This document shows, one piece after another, positions 51,314 to 60,156 of a stretch of 64,000 nt of DNA. Position 1 is the first letter of the stretch. Each line of letters starts with the position of its first letter. Under the pieces are notes generated by a model. That model was not told the origin of the DNA, did not search any database, and saw only the letters and a list, made by a program, of their open reading frames with translations. This stretch comes from Spirochaetaceae bacterium. Lineage in GTDB: Bacteria > Spirochaetota > Spirochaetia > DSM-2461. The DNA lies in contig JAOPTT010000005.1 of the NCBI GenBank assembly GCA_051531975.1, positions 160,001-224,000 on the forward strand, written 5' to 3'. Position numbers and translations under genes: made by a program.

Positions 51314-52192
51314 ATGATTTCTAATAAACGAGACTTGCTGATAGATATTATATTTATCTTACCGGTCTCCATTCTGTTTTTTATTTTTACAATTTATCCG
51401 TTTTTAGGTTCATTTTATTACTCTTTAACCCAATGGAACGGGTTTACGGAACCTGTATTTATAGGAATAGCCAATTTTAAAAGGCTGTTTGACGAGGGAA
51501 GTTTTCTTATATCTTTAAGGAATACGATATTATTTGCATTATCTGGCTTATGTATTTCAAATGTGATAAGTCTCTGTCTTGCACTGGCTTTGAAGAGTGC
51601 AGGTAAAATGTCCTCTGTGTTGCGAACAATCTTCTATCTTCCGGGAGTAGTCAGTTTTGTTTCAATGTCCATTATCTGGTCTTCTATTTATCATTATAAT
51701 GGGGCTCTTAATCAGTTATTACGGAAATTCGGATTGGAAGTCTTAACTAAGGAGTGGTTAGGCACATACCAAAGTGTTATACCGTCACTGATTGTCATAT
51801 TAGTTTGGTCCGGTATGGGTTTTGGTCTTATTATTTTCATCGCCGGTCTTAATTCCATACCAAAAGAGTTGTATGAAGCGGCAGATGTAGATGGTGCTAG
51901 TCCAATTACAAAATTCAGAATAATCACATTTCCACTTCTTATGCCGTCAATCACTATTGTTACATTTCTTGGATTCGTAACAACTTTGAAGATTTTCGAT
52001 CTTCCTTTTATTATGACAGGCGGTGGACCGGGTGATGCATCTAATACAGTTGCAATGATTATTTACAAACAGGCCTTCAGTTACAACAATTATGGTTATG
52101 CAAGTGCTGCAGGAATTATACTGTTTATTCTCGTTGGAATCGTCTCTGTTGTGCAAATGAGATTAACCAGAAGTAAAGAGGTACAAATGTAA
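51314..52192 (+). CDS. Sugar ABC permease
   Basis: ELYEAADVDGA, MTGGGPG and YGYASA. Confidence 0.94.
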   Translation: MISNKRDLLIDIIFILPVSILFFIFTIYPFLGSFYYSLTQWNGFTEPVFIGIANFKRLFDEGSFLISLRNTILFALSGLCISNVISLCLALALKSAGKMSSVLRTIFYLPGVVSFVSMSIIWSSIYHYNGALNQLLRKFGLEVLTKEWLGTYQSVIPSLIVILVWSGMGFGLIIFIAGLNSIPKELYEAADVDGASPITKFRIITFPLLMPSITIVTFLGFVTTLKIFDLPFIMTGGGPGDASNTVAMIIYKQAFSYNNYGYASAAGIILFILVGIVSVVQMRLTRSKEVQM

Positions 52193-53061
52193 TGGAAACG
52201 CTAAGTTTACAAAGTAACAATACATCAAATAAATTCTCCACTAAGAATATATCGGGAGTAGTAATTAATTCATTTATGTGGATATTTGCCACCATAGTAT
52301 TTGCCCCTTTTGTATTATTTATATTAAATACGTTTAAAGAAAAAGAGCATATATATGATGTTTTTCATATACCCGATCTAAGGTATCTTGATAATTACAA
52401 GGCAGTATTTGAAACCTCAGATTTCTTTCAGTCTCTTTTTTTGACAGTGTTGATTTCAAGTATAACCTTAATAATAATAGTGAATATATCCGCTTTGGCA
52501 GGATATGCTATTAGCCGGTCAAAATATAAAATAATTAAATACTTATATGTAATTCTGGTTGCCGGACAGATTGTACCAGCACAGACAAGCATGATTCCCA
52601 TTTATAAAATAGGAGTCGCAACACATCTTATCAACACAGTTCCTTTTCTAATAATCCTCTATGTAGCGGGTGGAAGTGCTTTTGCAACGATACTTATAGC
52701 TGGATTTACAAAAACGATTCCACTAGCCCTTGAAGAAGCTGCCAATATCGATGGATGCGGGAGATTCAAGACTTTTTATAAAATAGTATTTCCATTACTT
52801 ATGCCGGCTATAGCAACAATTGTTGCGACGACTATTTACTGGTACTGGAATGATTTTCAAGGGCCACTTATTTATTTGAATAATGGTAAAGTCGGAACCC
52901 TCATGATGACAATTTACAATTTTATGGGATCAAATAACACAACAGACTGGGGTCCTGTATATGCCCTATGTTTATTAGCTTCAATACCAATGGTTGTGTT
53001 CTACATTTTTACACAAAGAATATTATTGAAAGGATTGGTCGTAGGATCAGTAAAGGGTTAA
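52192..53061 (+). CDS. Sugar ABC permease
   Basis: LEEAANIDGC, WNDFQGP and GSVKG. Confidence 0.94.
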   Translation: METLSLQSNNTSNKFSTKNISGVVINSFMWIFATIVFAPFVLFILNTFKEKEHIYDVFHIPDLRYLDNYKAVFETSDFFQSLFLTVLISSITLIIIVNISALAGYAISRSKYKIIKYLYVILVAGQIVPAQTSMIPIYKIGVATHLINTVPFLIILYVAGGSAFATILIAGFTKTIPLALEEAANIDGCGRFKTFYKIVFPLLMPAIATIVATTIYWYWNDFQGPLIYLNNGKVGTLMMTIYNFMGSNNTTDWGPVYALCLLASIPMVVFYIFTQRILLKGLVVGSVKG

Positions 53062-53065
53062 ATGA

Positions 53066-54175
53066 ATGAATAAAAAATATGATGTAGCAGCCTATGTTTG
53101 GCCTGCCTATACTGGCGATGAGCCTCGAACCAGAATGTTTTGGCCCGAAGGTATGGGGGAATGGCAGAGTGTTAAAAATTCAGTAAAAAAATTTCCAGAA
53201 CATAATTGGCCAAGGAAACCTCTGTGGGGTTATGTTAACGAGGCCGATCCCTATGTTATGGAGTCCCAGATAAGCGCTGCTGCTGACCATGGTGTTAATG
53301 TTTTTATCTATGACTGGTACTGGTATGACAAACGGCCTTTTCTTGAGAACTGTCTGAATGATGGTTATCTTAAGGCTAAAAATAATGACAGGGTCAAATT
53401 TTATCTCATGTGGGCGAACCATCATGTTCTTAATCTTTGGGATATAAACCTATCTCATGATCAGGAAACTGTTATATGGGATGCCAGGGTGGATAGAAGT
53501 GAATTCGAAAGGATTTGCAATAGATTAATCGATAAGTACTTTCACCACCCCTCGTATTATACAATAGAGGGTAAGCCGGTGTTTAGCCTGTATGATATTC
53601 AGAATCTTATTGATGGATTAGGAGGAGTGGACGAGACAGTCCGTGCCCTTAAGTGGTTTAAAGAACAGACTATAAAATCAGGATTACCAGGCCTGCACCT
53701 GCAGCTGACAAAATGGGGAATCAATCAACTAAATTTAAGTGGACTGGACGAAGGTAAAACAGCAATCCCCAATGAGCTTGTTAATAACCTTGGATTCGAT
53801 AGCATGACTCACTATCAGTATGTGCATTTTACAGATATTGATAGGGATTATAGTGAAATTATGACGGACGTGGAGAAAGAGTGGTCACAGGTTGATAAGG
53901 AATATGATACTCCTTTTTACCCCCATGTTTCGATTGGGTGGGATAATAATCCCCGTTTTAAGGATTTCAAACCTGGGGTTGTAAAAAATAATACTCCACA
54001 GGAGATCAAAAAAGCTCTAATAAAAGCTAAAGAATATCTCGATGCCCATCCGGAGCAGGCTCCACTTGTTACTATTAATAGCTGGAACGAATGGACTGAA
54101 ACCAGTTATCTCCAGCCCGATGATCTCTATGGTTATGGCTATCTGGAAGCTGTAAAAGATGTCTTCTGCAAATAA
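53066..54175 (+). CDS. GH99-like / WbsX-family glycoside hydrolase, copy 2
   Basis: Near-identical paralog of 37605..38708 (13 internal aa substitutions by my count). Confidence 0.82.
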   Translation: MNKKYDVAAYVWPAYTGDEPRTRMFWPEGMGEWQSVKNSVKKFPEHNWPRKPLWGYVNEADPYVMESQISAAADHGVNVFIYDWYWYDKRPFLENCLNDGYLKAKNNDRVKFYLMWANHHVLNLWDINLSHDQETVIWDARVDRSEFERICNRLIDKYFHHPSYYTIEGKPVFSLYDIQNLIDGLGGVDETVRALKWFKEQTIKSGLPGLHLQLTKWGINQLNLSGLDEGKTAIPNELVNNLGFDSMTHYQYVHFTDIDRDYSEIMTDVEKEWSQVDKEYDTPFYPHVSIGWDNNPRFKDFKPGVVKNNTPQEIKKALIKAKEYLDAHPEQAPLVTINSWNEWTETSYLQPDDLYGYGYLEAVKDVFCK

Positions 54176-54210
54176 AACCAAACCTACTGATCATTCATGT
54201 CGATCAAAAC
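54159..54210 (+). pseudogene. 5' remnant of a sulfatase gene
   Basis: ATG TCT TCT GCA AAT AAA then, after one extra A, PNLLIIHVDQ. Occupies the same overlap position as MSSVNKPNIIYIFADQ after GH99-like copy 1. Confidence 0.65.
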
Positions 54211-54434
54211 CATTCTGATTACACCACTGAAGGAAGTCAAGTTATCTTTTAAGAAAGGAGTCACCAGCGTGTCGTTACATTTGCTTACAATTGGGGTTTA
54301 TAACTGTTGAAGCGGATCACTTAACAAATAACTTAGGGAAGCATTATCTGGTTCCCCGAGTTGATTGTTGCTATCTTTATAACAGATATTTGTCGAAAGA
54401 TCAGTCATATTATTCGCATTTCAAGAACTTTATC

Positions 54435-54462
54435 TTGACTACTTGTTCGTTTTATGCGAACA
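54435..54462 (+). promoter_or_regulatory. higBA promoter/operator
   Basis: TTGACT -35 box; inverted repeat TGTTCG-N7-CGAACA (54444-54462). Confidence 0.65.
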
Positions 54463-54480
54463 TTTAATTATGGGGCAACG

Positions 54481-54558
54481 ATGCATATCATCAAGAAAAA
54501 AACATTAGTAGCATACTATGCAGTATATCCTTCAGTGGAGATAGCATGTAATGAGTGA
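54481..54558 (+). pseudogene. higB: Truncated HigB-type toxin (25 codons)
   Basis: MHIIKKKTLVAYYAVYPSVEIACNE* resembles HigB N-termini and lies directly upstream of higA. Confidence 0.65.
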
Positions 54559-54973
54559 AAATATAGAAAGACAAATAAAGAAAGTTAAAACCAGTAAGTC
54601 AGATATCCACATTGCTAATTTTTTAAGAAATACACAGATACATAATGATACTGACCTGGAGAGGGTTACAGAGTATTGTGAACAGTTGGCTGCTCTGTTT
54701 GAAGCTGGAAACAAAGAGATTGAACCTCTCTTTGATTATGTTGTGAACGTTATCGAAACATATGAAGATGTGCATTACCCTGTTGGGAAGTCCTCTCCAG
54801 TGGAAATGCTTAAGTTTCTTATGGATCAGCATGGACACAAACAGAAGGATCTAACAGATGTAGCTCCCAAATCTACGATCAGTGAGATATTGAGCGGTAA
54901 AAAAGAGATGAGTAAATCTGTAATAAGAAAACTTGCTGAGAAATACCACACAAATCCTTCAGTATTCTTTTGA
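54551..54973 (+). CDS. higA: HigA-like XRE HTH antitoxin
   Basis: IETYED.HYP...PVEMLKFLMDQHGHKQKDL...SEILSGKKEMS...KLAE. Confidence 0.85.
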   Translation: MSENIERQIKKVKTSKSDIHIANFLRNTQIHNDTDLERVTEYCEQLAALFEAGNKEIEPLFDYVVNVIETYEDVHYPVGKSSPVEMLKFLMDQHGHKQKDLTDVAPKSTISEILSGKKEMSKSVIRKLAEKYHTNPSVFF

Positions 54974-54984
54974 TATTACTTTAT

Positions 54985-55063
54985 AAACAGTTGGCATCTA
55001 TTGATTCCAGATCTTTAGGATCAGTCAGAAAATTGACATATTAATCAACTGTTCCAATAGATA
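54985..55063 (-). pseudogene. Shard A of the SGNH hydrolase 3' region
   Basis: Aligns to about 60257-60333. Confidence 0.88.
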
Positions 55064-55160
55064 TGTTCTACACCATTAGATAATATGGATGTATATTTAA
55101 ATAAATTATTGACACCGTAACCTAACTCATCAGCAAATCCAATCTCCCTAAATACTCTAT
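55064..55160 (-). pseudogene. Internal shard of an AlbA/RecG-C-terminal-like (HATPase_c_4) ATP-binding protein gene
   Basis: Manual translation RVFREIGFADELGYGVNNLFKYTSILSNG; no start codon and no remainder of the gene. Confidence 0.6.
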
Positions 55161-55244
55161 TTGGGAGTTATTCACCAAACACTAAGTTTAATTCACTAAT
55201 TTATAGTTTAAACTCTTACTATTTGATGCTATTATAATATTACT

Positions 55245-55523
55245 ATGAAAACATATGATGAAGTAATAAATTTTATTACTAATAACAATTTACAATTAAA
55301 ATATCATCTGAAAAGAATAGGTTTGTTTGGTTCTATCTTAGACAAAGACAACCCTAATGATATTGATGTTCTTATTGAAGAGTATTCAGATCATAAAGAT
55401 CTTATTAAATTTCAAGATGAACTAGAGCATGCAACTGGAAAATCAGTTGATCTAGTAATTGAAAAATATGCAAGCCCAATTATTTTATATAGAGCAAAAC
55501 GGAATATAAGTTATGTTAGCTAA
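55245..55523 (+). CDS. Minimal nucleotidyltransferase antitoxin (MntA-like)
   Basis: GLFGS...NDIDVL and C-terminal VDLV. Confidence 0.85.
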   Translation: MKTYDEVINFITNNNLQLKYHLKRIGLFGSILDKDNPNDIDVLIEEYSDHKDLIKFQDELEHATGKSVDLVIEKYASPIILYRAKRNISYVS

Positions 55524-55875
55524 ACCAGAGAACGACCTATTTCATTTTCTAACAATATTAGAATCTATGGGTAAAATTAATAAATATTTAGAAGGCATAT
55601 CCAATGCTGATGATTTTATCGAAAAAGATGATCAAATTTATTTTAATGCAACTCTTACATTATTAACTAATATTGGTGAAGTGTTTGGTAAAATTTCTAA
55701 AGAATCCCAAGCTCATTTCAATGATGATGACCTTATAGGTTTAAGAGGAATTAGGAATAGAATCGTCCATGATTATACCGGTATAGATTCATTTAGAATA
55801 TTTGGTAATTCCCTGAAACCAGCTAGTTGCCATCTTCTGGTAACAGGAATTTGTAGGATGATTTATACTGTTTGA
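55513..55875 (+). pseudogene. HEPN/DUF86 (HepT-like) toxin with its C-terminus replaced
   Basis: NIGE and RNRIVHDY (Rx4HxY); from about 55800 the frame runs into antisense SGNH shard B. Confidence 0.78.
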
Positions 55876-55955
55876 AAAACATTTGATGTCTATTGATTCC
55901 AGGTCTTTGGGATCTGTTAGAAAATTGACATATTGATCTACTGTACCAATAGATA
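55800..55955 (-). pseudogene. Shard B of the SGNH hydrolase 3' region
   Basis: Encodes SIGTVDQYVNFLTDPKDLESIDIKCFSNSINHPTNSCYQKMATSWFQGITK; aligns to about 60180-60333. Confidence 0.92.
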
Positions 55956-55970
55956 GAACCAAGTGACAAC

Positions 55971-56252
55971 ACTTTAGTATGGGTTTACGATGTAGGACAT
56001 TTTTTCTTTTCAAGGTTTACAGCAAATTGTCAACGACTCCCAAATGGTAATACTTTGATATTTGAATCCATGAGCAAAAGACTTTTTGAAGTTACTCCTG
56101 ATAAAGAGATTGTATGGGAGCATGTTTTAACTGACGACGCCCAACGGGTTTACCAATATGCTTATGATTATTGTGAATTGACCTCTGATCTGGGAACACA
56201 AAGTGAAAAAGAGGTGACACCTCCAGAAATACTACGTAATGAACCTAGATAG
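55971..56252 (+). pseudogene. 3' fragment of an arylsulfotransferase (ASST-family beta-propeller) gene
   Basis: Extending ORF 56055 upstream gives LVWVY...FFSRFTANCQRLPNGNTLIFES...RLFEVTPDKEIVWE; the 5' part is missing. Confidence 0.72.
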
Positions 56253-56419
56253 TAATTAGATGATTACTAAACTCGACTCTTCCAATAATCTACATCAAAA
56301 TATCCTTGAACGTTTTATTACTCAGCCTGATAGTGGGTATCATAAACTATTTGTCTTCACCAGATCGATAGATTTTCTGTCTACTTAAAAAAATGTTTAA
56401 AGTCGATTGGTGAGACTGC

Positions 56420-56689
56420 TTATCCGAATAAAATCGCTGTCATCGCAGTAAGAATGGAAACCACTACTCCAAGTCCATTTGATACTATAAGAGGCCAATC
56501 TTTAATCTCTTTTAAGTAACCATATATAGTCCACGTGCTACAATTAATAAAAGTTGCCAGTGGGAGGATAACCGAACCAGGATGTCCTGTTACATTTAGA
56601 CGTATTTGATCTAAGAATGAAAAAAACATGCATATACCAAAGAATGAGGCGAACCAGCCTACTTTATGAACCGTTTTCTGTTTAATCAT
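56420..56689 (-). CDS. SemiSWEET-family sugar transporter
   Basis: About 89 aa with 3 TM; MFFSFLDQI, NCSTWTIYG and DWPLIVSNGLG; TAATG-coupled to the upstream gene. Confidence 0.82.
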   Translation of the reverse strand: MIKQKTVHKVGWFASFFGICMFFSFLDQIRLNVTGHPGSVILPLATFINCSTWTIYGYLKEIKDWPLIVSNGLGVVVSILTAMTAILFG

Positions 56690-58914
56690 TAGACCTGACT
56701 CCTTTCCATCACTAACACCCAATCCTGAGGGGATGGTATCGGTGGCGCCCAGTCTTCTCCACTACGGAGTAACCATTTATCGGATTCCTCCTGAGGCTGT
56801 ATTTGCATTGGGGTTTTTGATGCTTTTACATTCTTATAGATACAATTCCCCTGCCACAGCCCGACTTTGCCACCTTTAATATTATCTATTTTAACAGGAG
56901 GAGTAAAGTACTGATTTGTGCCGTCATCTATACGCATGGAGTAATAATTCTCTTTGCAGACAACGGTCATGATAAAGTTATCGTTAAGTTCGGGTACATC
57001 TATCCAACCTTTCTGGAGCGGTTCGTATATTCTGAAAAATGAGAATCTGCCGCCTCTGCGATCCAAAAGATAGATGGCCTTCTTATCCGCGTCATAAAAA
57101 GCAATAATATGATTATCAATGTTCTTATACCCAAGAACTATTCCGGCGGATTCTTTACCGTTGGTACAGACTTCCACGCTGACCATAATATCATTATCAT
57201 CCAACTTTTTATTCAGCAATACACGATTGGATAAATGCAGTTCTCCGCTAGTGGTAGCCACGCCCTCCAACTCTGCATCACCCTGGATTCCAGTCAATAA
57301 CTCCCAGTTGCTCTTATCATCCATAGAGTCTTCAAAGAATATCGCCTCTTTATGATCCTTGAATGGTGCGGGATGATCAGCTACTTTCATTAGTGTACCT
57401 ATATCGAAACGCCTTCCAGTGACCGGGTCAAAATAGTACCCATTGTAAGGAATATTTTCCTCCATCCCCTTAACTCGCGGAGGAGTCCAGTCATATGTGT
57501 TGCGGTTCGGTCGGTAGATAAAGCGTAATTCTCCAGGAATTCCGGCAGAATAGCAATCCGGGTCGCTCCATTCCTGGTGGGGTTCGATCTTGTGCCATGG
57601 ATAAGTTTCTAGCAGTTTTCGTCCTATTCCCACTTGTGTGGCACCGAGAAACTCCTTGGCCTGCTGCCAGGTGGTATAATCCCAGGAGCAAAGCACTACA
57701 GGCTTATCACTGAACACCTCACTGTCCCGCTTGTTATTATAGTCCCAGGTAGGACTCAAACCTAAATCACCTTCAACACCCATATGATGCAGTCCCGCAG
57801 CTCCGTAAGTGTGTCCCGCAGCACCATTGAGTATATACATCCAAAAGACATATCGCTGGGTGTCGGCAAAGTGTCGCTGCATGTGTCCTTCGTATCCGGT
57901 TTCCCCACAGACCAATGGCATGGTGGGTTGTTCGTCATATCGATCTGTAAAAACTTTCAATGTATTAGGACTTATTGGTGAAAAATGGCTTCCACCGACA
58001 AATTCAAAATCATTCATTGGTTCTTCGTCACGATACGGGCAAGCATATTCATGACTCGTTTTGAGTCGGTTGAAGGGATCTATTTCACATAGATAGCTCA
58101 CTACCTCTCCCCAGTCTCCCTCTCCGAATTTGGCAACACCGGGAACTTCTCCCCCGGGAACGAGAATTAGTGGATAGGCAGCATAACGGGCGACCAGATA
58201 ACGCCAATGTCTTTTTAGTCCACCTACACCTGCGATCTTCATGGCATTACAGTCGCTTCTGCCCCAAGCTCCGACGAGAGCCGGCATCAATCCGGTTTCG
58301 ACAAGTAGATCAAGACGCCTGTCAGCATAGTTGAAATATTCAGGATTTACCTTGGTGTATGCTTTGTCGGCATACATGGTTCCACCTTCATTGTCCCAAC
58401 CGGGCTCAAAGGCTTCTTCGTCGGGATATGGTCCACAGACTATCTGCACAGTATTGAATCCCTTGGATCTGCGATCTTCGCAGAGTTCCTGGAATCCCTC
58501 CCAAGAGAGTCGTTTGCTTAGTGCTTTCCACCAGGTATCCGCAAGCCAGAGAAAAGGAGTTCCATCGTGGTATTTGAAATGACGCTGATCCTCGGCAATG
58601 CCGATGGGGCCGTGTTTATAGAAAGGATTGTCACCTTTATAGGGTACTACTTCAACCTGGCCATTTTGGTCTGCTAACCCGTTGTCATCTGCATTACAGA
58701 TTGTACAGTATGGATATGTTCCGACCATAGGTGATGAAAAACGCACTTTCCATTCGTTACCACCAGCCCAGAAGGCAGGTACCACCATTTTTTTGCTGTT
58801 AGGATGAATAAATTCAACATCAAGAAGAACCTCTATAAAGGGATTATGATAGGTTTTCTGTGCATTAAATGTTATTTCAATTACTCTATTTGTTTTTGAT
58901 TCATAGGTGGTCAT
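56689..58914 (-). CDS. DUF5060/DUF4038 protein (GH140 apiosidase-like glycoside hydrolase)
   Basis: NPFIEV..., FWAGGNEWKVRF, DGTPFLWLADTWW, GFNTVQ, YLVARY, GETGYEG and GHTYGA. Confidence 0.8.
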   Translation of the reverse strand: MTTYESKTNRVIEITFNAQKTYHNPFIEVLLDVEFIHPNSKKMVVPAFWAGGNEWKVRFSSPMVGTYPYCTICNADDNGLADQNGQVEVVPYKGDNPFYKHGPIGIAEDQRHFKYHDGTPFLWLADTWWKALSKRLSWEGFQELCEDRRSKGFNTVQIVCGPYPDEEAFEPGWDNEGGTMYADKAYTKVNPEYFNYADRRLDLLVETGLMPALVGAWGRSDCNAMKIAGVGGLKRHWRYLVARYAAYPLILVPGGEVPGVAKFGEGDWGEVVSYLCEIDPFNRLKTSHEYACPYRDEEPMNDFEFVGGSHFSPISPNTLKVFTDRYDEQPTMPLVCGETGYEGHMQRHFADTQRYVFWMYILNGAAGHTYGAAGLHHMGVEGDLGLSPTWDYNNKRDSEVFSDKPVVLCSWDYTTWQQAKEFLGATQVGIGRKLLETYPWHKIEPHQEWSDPDCYSAGIPGELRFIYRPNRNTYDWTPPRVKGMEENIPYNGYYFDPVTGRRFDIGTLMKVADHPAPFKDHKEAIFFEDSMDDKSNWELLTGIQGDAELEGVATTSGELHLSNRVLLNKKLDDNDIMVSVEVCTNGKESAGIVLGYKNIDNHIIAFYDADKKAIYLLDRRGGRFSFFRIYEPLQKGWIDVPELNDNFIMTVVCKENYYSMRIDDGTNQYFTPPVKIDNIKGGKVGLWQGNCIYKNVKASKTPMQIQPQEESDKWLLRSGEDWAPPIPSPQDWVLVMERSQV

Positions 58915-59052
58915 TATCGATTCCTCTCTTTTATTTTAACAACTCTTCAAATTCATTCTTATGGTTTAATTATAAGAGTATATCCGGGGATTTAAAATAG
59001 ATGAAACTGTCAAATTTATGGACAAATCTCAATTGTGATGAAATAATAGTAT

Positions 59053-59892
59053 ATGATAAAAAGAAAAGACATTAATCAAAATACCAACCTGGAAACAGTA
59101 TTTGCAAAGGCTATGCTAAATGCAATCCATATACGTTTAATTGATGTGCAAATGGATACTCATCACAAGGAAAGCTTACAGATTAAAAATCATCGTCGTT
59201 CCTTTAACGTTTTATATGCGGTACATAAAGGAACTGAAACGTACACAAATCTAAATCATACGATTAAACTTCGACCGGGATCCCTTGTATTCTTTCCTAT
59301 AAATTCAAGTTATGAAGTCAATATTCAAGGTCCTCTCTCTTATTCTGTACTGCGATTTTATACCGATACTGCTTTGGGCCTGGACTTGTTCCATTCATTT
59401 AGGGATGGCTTTGAACTCAATAAACTCTATAAGAACTTTAATGAGCAGTTTAATAAAAGTATTTTAAATCCGGAAAAGCACATTTTTTCTTTAAAGTCAC
59501 TAACTTATAAATGCTGCCAACATGTGATTGAAAAAACCGGTTATAACATTGAAAGACAACACAAAATGTATGATAAGTATCAAGCTGTTTTTAAAGGGTA
59601 TGCGGATAATCCGCATTTGAAGGTGGAAGAAATTTCGACAAGGATGAATATCTCTCCTACAAATCTAACTACCCAATTTAAAAAAGATATGGGTATGCCA
59701 GTTTCCGAATACCGTAATCAACTCCTCATTAAAAAAGCTGCTACGCTCCTTAGTGGGACAAATCTCCTTATACGTGAGTGTGCCATAAGACTTGGTTTTA
59801 CAGATGAGCTCTACTTCTCCCGCTTTTTTAAAAAACAAATAGGATTGTCTCCGAAAAAATTCCGTGAAATTACCCTTGTGAAAAAACAATAA
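59053..59892 (+). CDS. AraC-family transcriptional regulator
   Basis: Cupin-like N-terminus; LGFTDELYFSRFFKKQIGLSPKKFR. Confidence 0.92.
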   Translation: MIKRKDINQNTNLETVFAKAMLNAIHIRLIDVQMDTHHKESLQIKNHRRSFNVLYAVHKGTETYTNLNHTIKLRPGSLVFFPINSSYEVNIQGPLSYSVLRFYTDTALGLDLFHSFRDGFELNKLYKNFNEQFNKSILNPEKHIFSLKSLTYKCCQHVIEKTGYNIERQHKMYDKYQAVFKGYADNPHLKVEEISTRMNISPTNLTTQFKKDMGMPVSEYRNQLLIKKAATLLSGTNLLIRECAIRLGFTDELYFSRFFKKQIGLSPKKFREITLVKKQ

Positions 59893-59931
59893 ACAATAAT
59901 TTGTATTCAGGAATGTGTATTGTGTCTATCT

Positions 59932-60001
59932 AGCTAACTACTAAGCTCCAGGCAGACCTCCGCACTTATTGTGCTGCGGCTGCTGAGTTGGATCGTTCTA
60001 C
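59932..60001 (+). mobile_element. Solitary, slightly degenerate integron attC-like site
   Basis: AGCTAAC...GCTCCAGGCAGACC...GCAC-TTATT-GTGC...GGCTGCTGAGT...GTTCTAC: 70 bp, AAC/GTT ends, imperfect stem with extrahelical bases. Confidence 0.6.
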
Positions 60002-60156
60002 GGTCTAAAAATTTAAAGATAAAATAAAACAAATGAAAACCTTAAAGGTCAGCTACACGTAACATATCATCTTCAGACTTAATCTTATACTTTTGTTGTC
60101 CCATAAAGAGATGCATTTGTCAATTTGTGAATAAGGAATTGGTAAAGAGTAACAAT

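Noticed and set aside
54323..54369. Second attC site (ACTTAAC...GTTGCTA)
   Set aside because: The arms align without gaps, so the extrahelical bases typical of attC are absent; better read as a plain hairpin or terminator.
55789..56013. 74 aa minus-strand ORF as a real gene
   Set aside because: It is a chimera of antisense ASST sequence and SGNH shard B.
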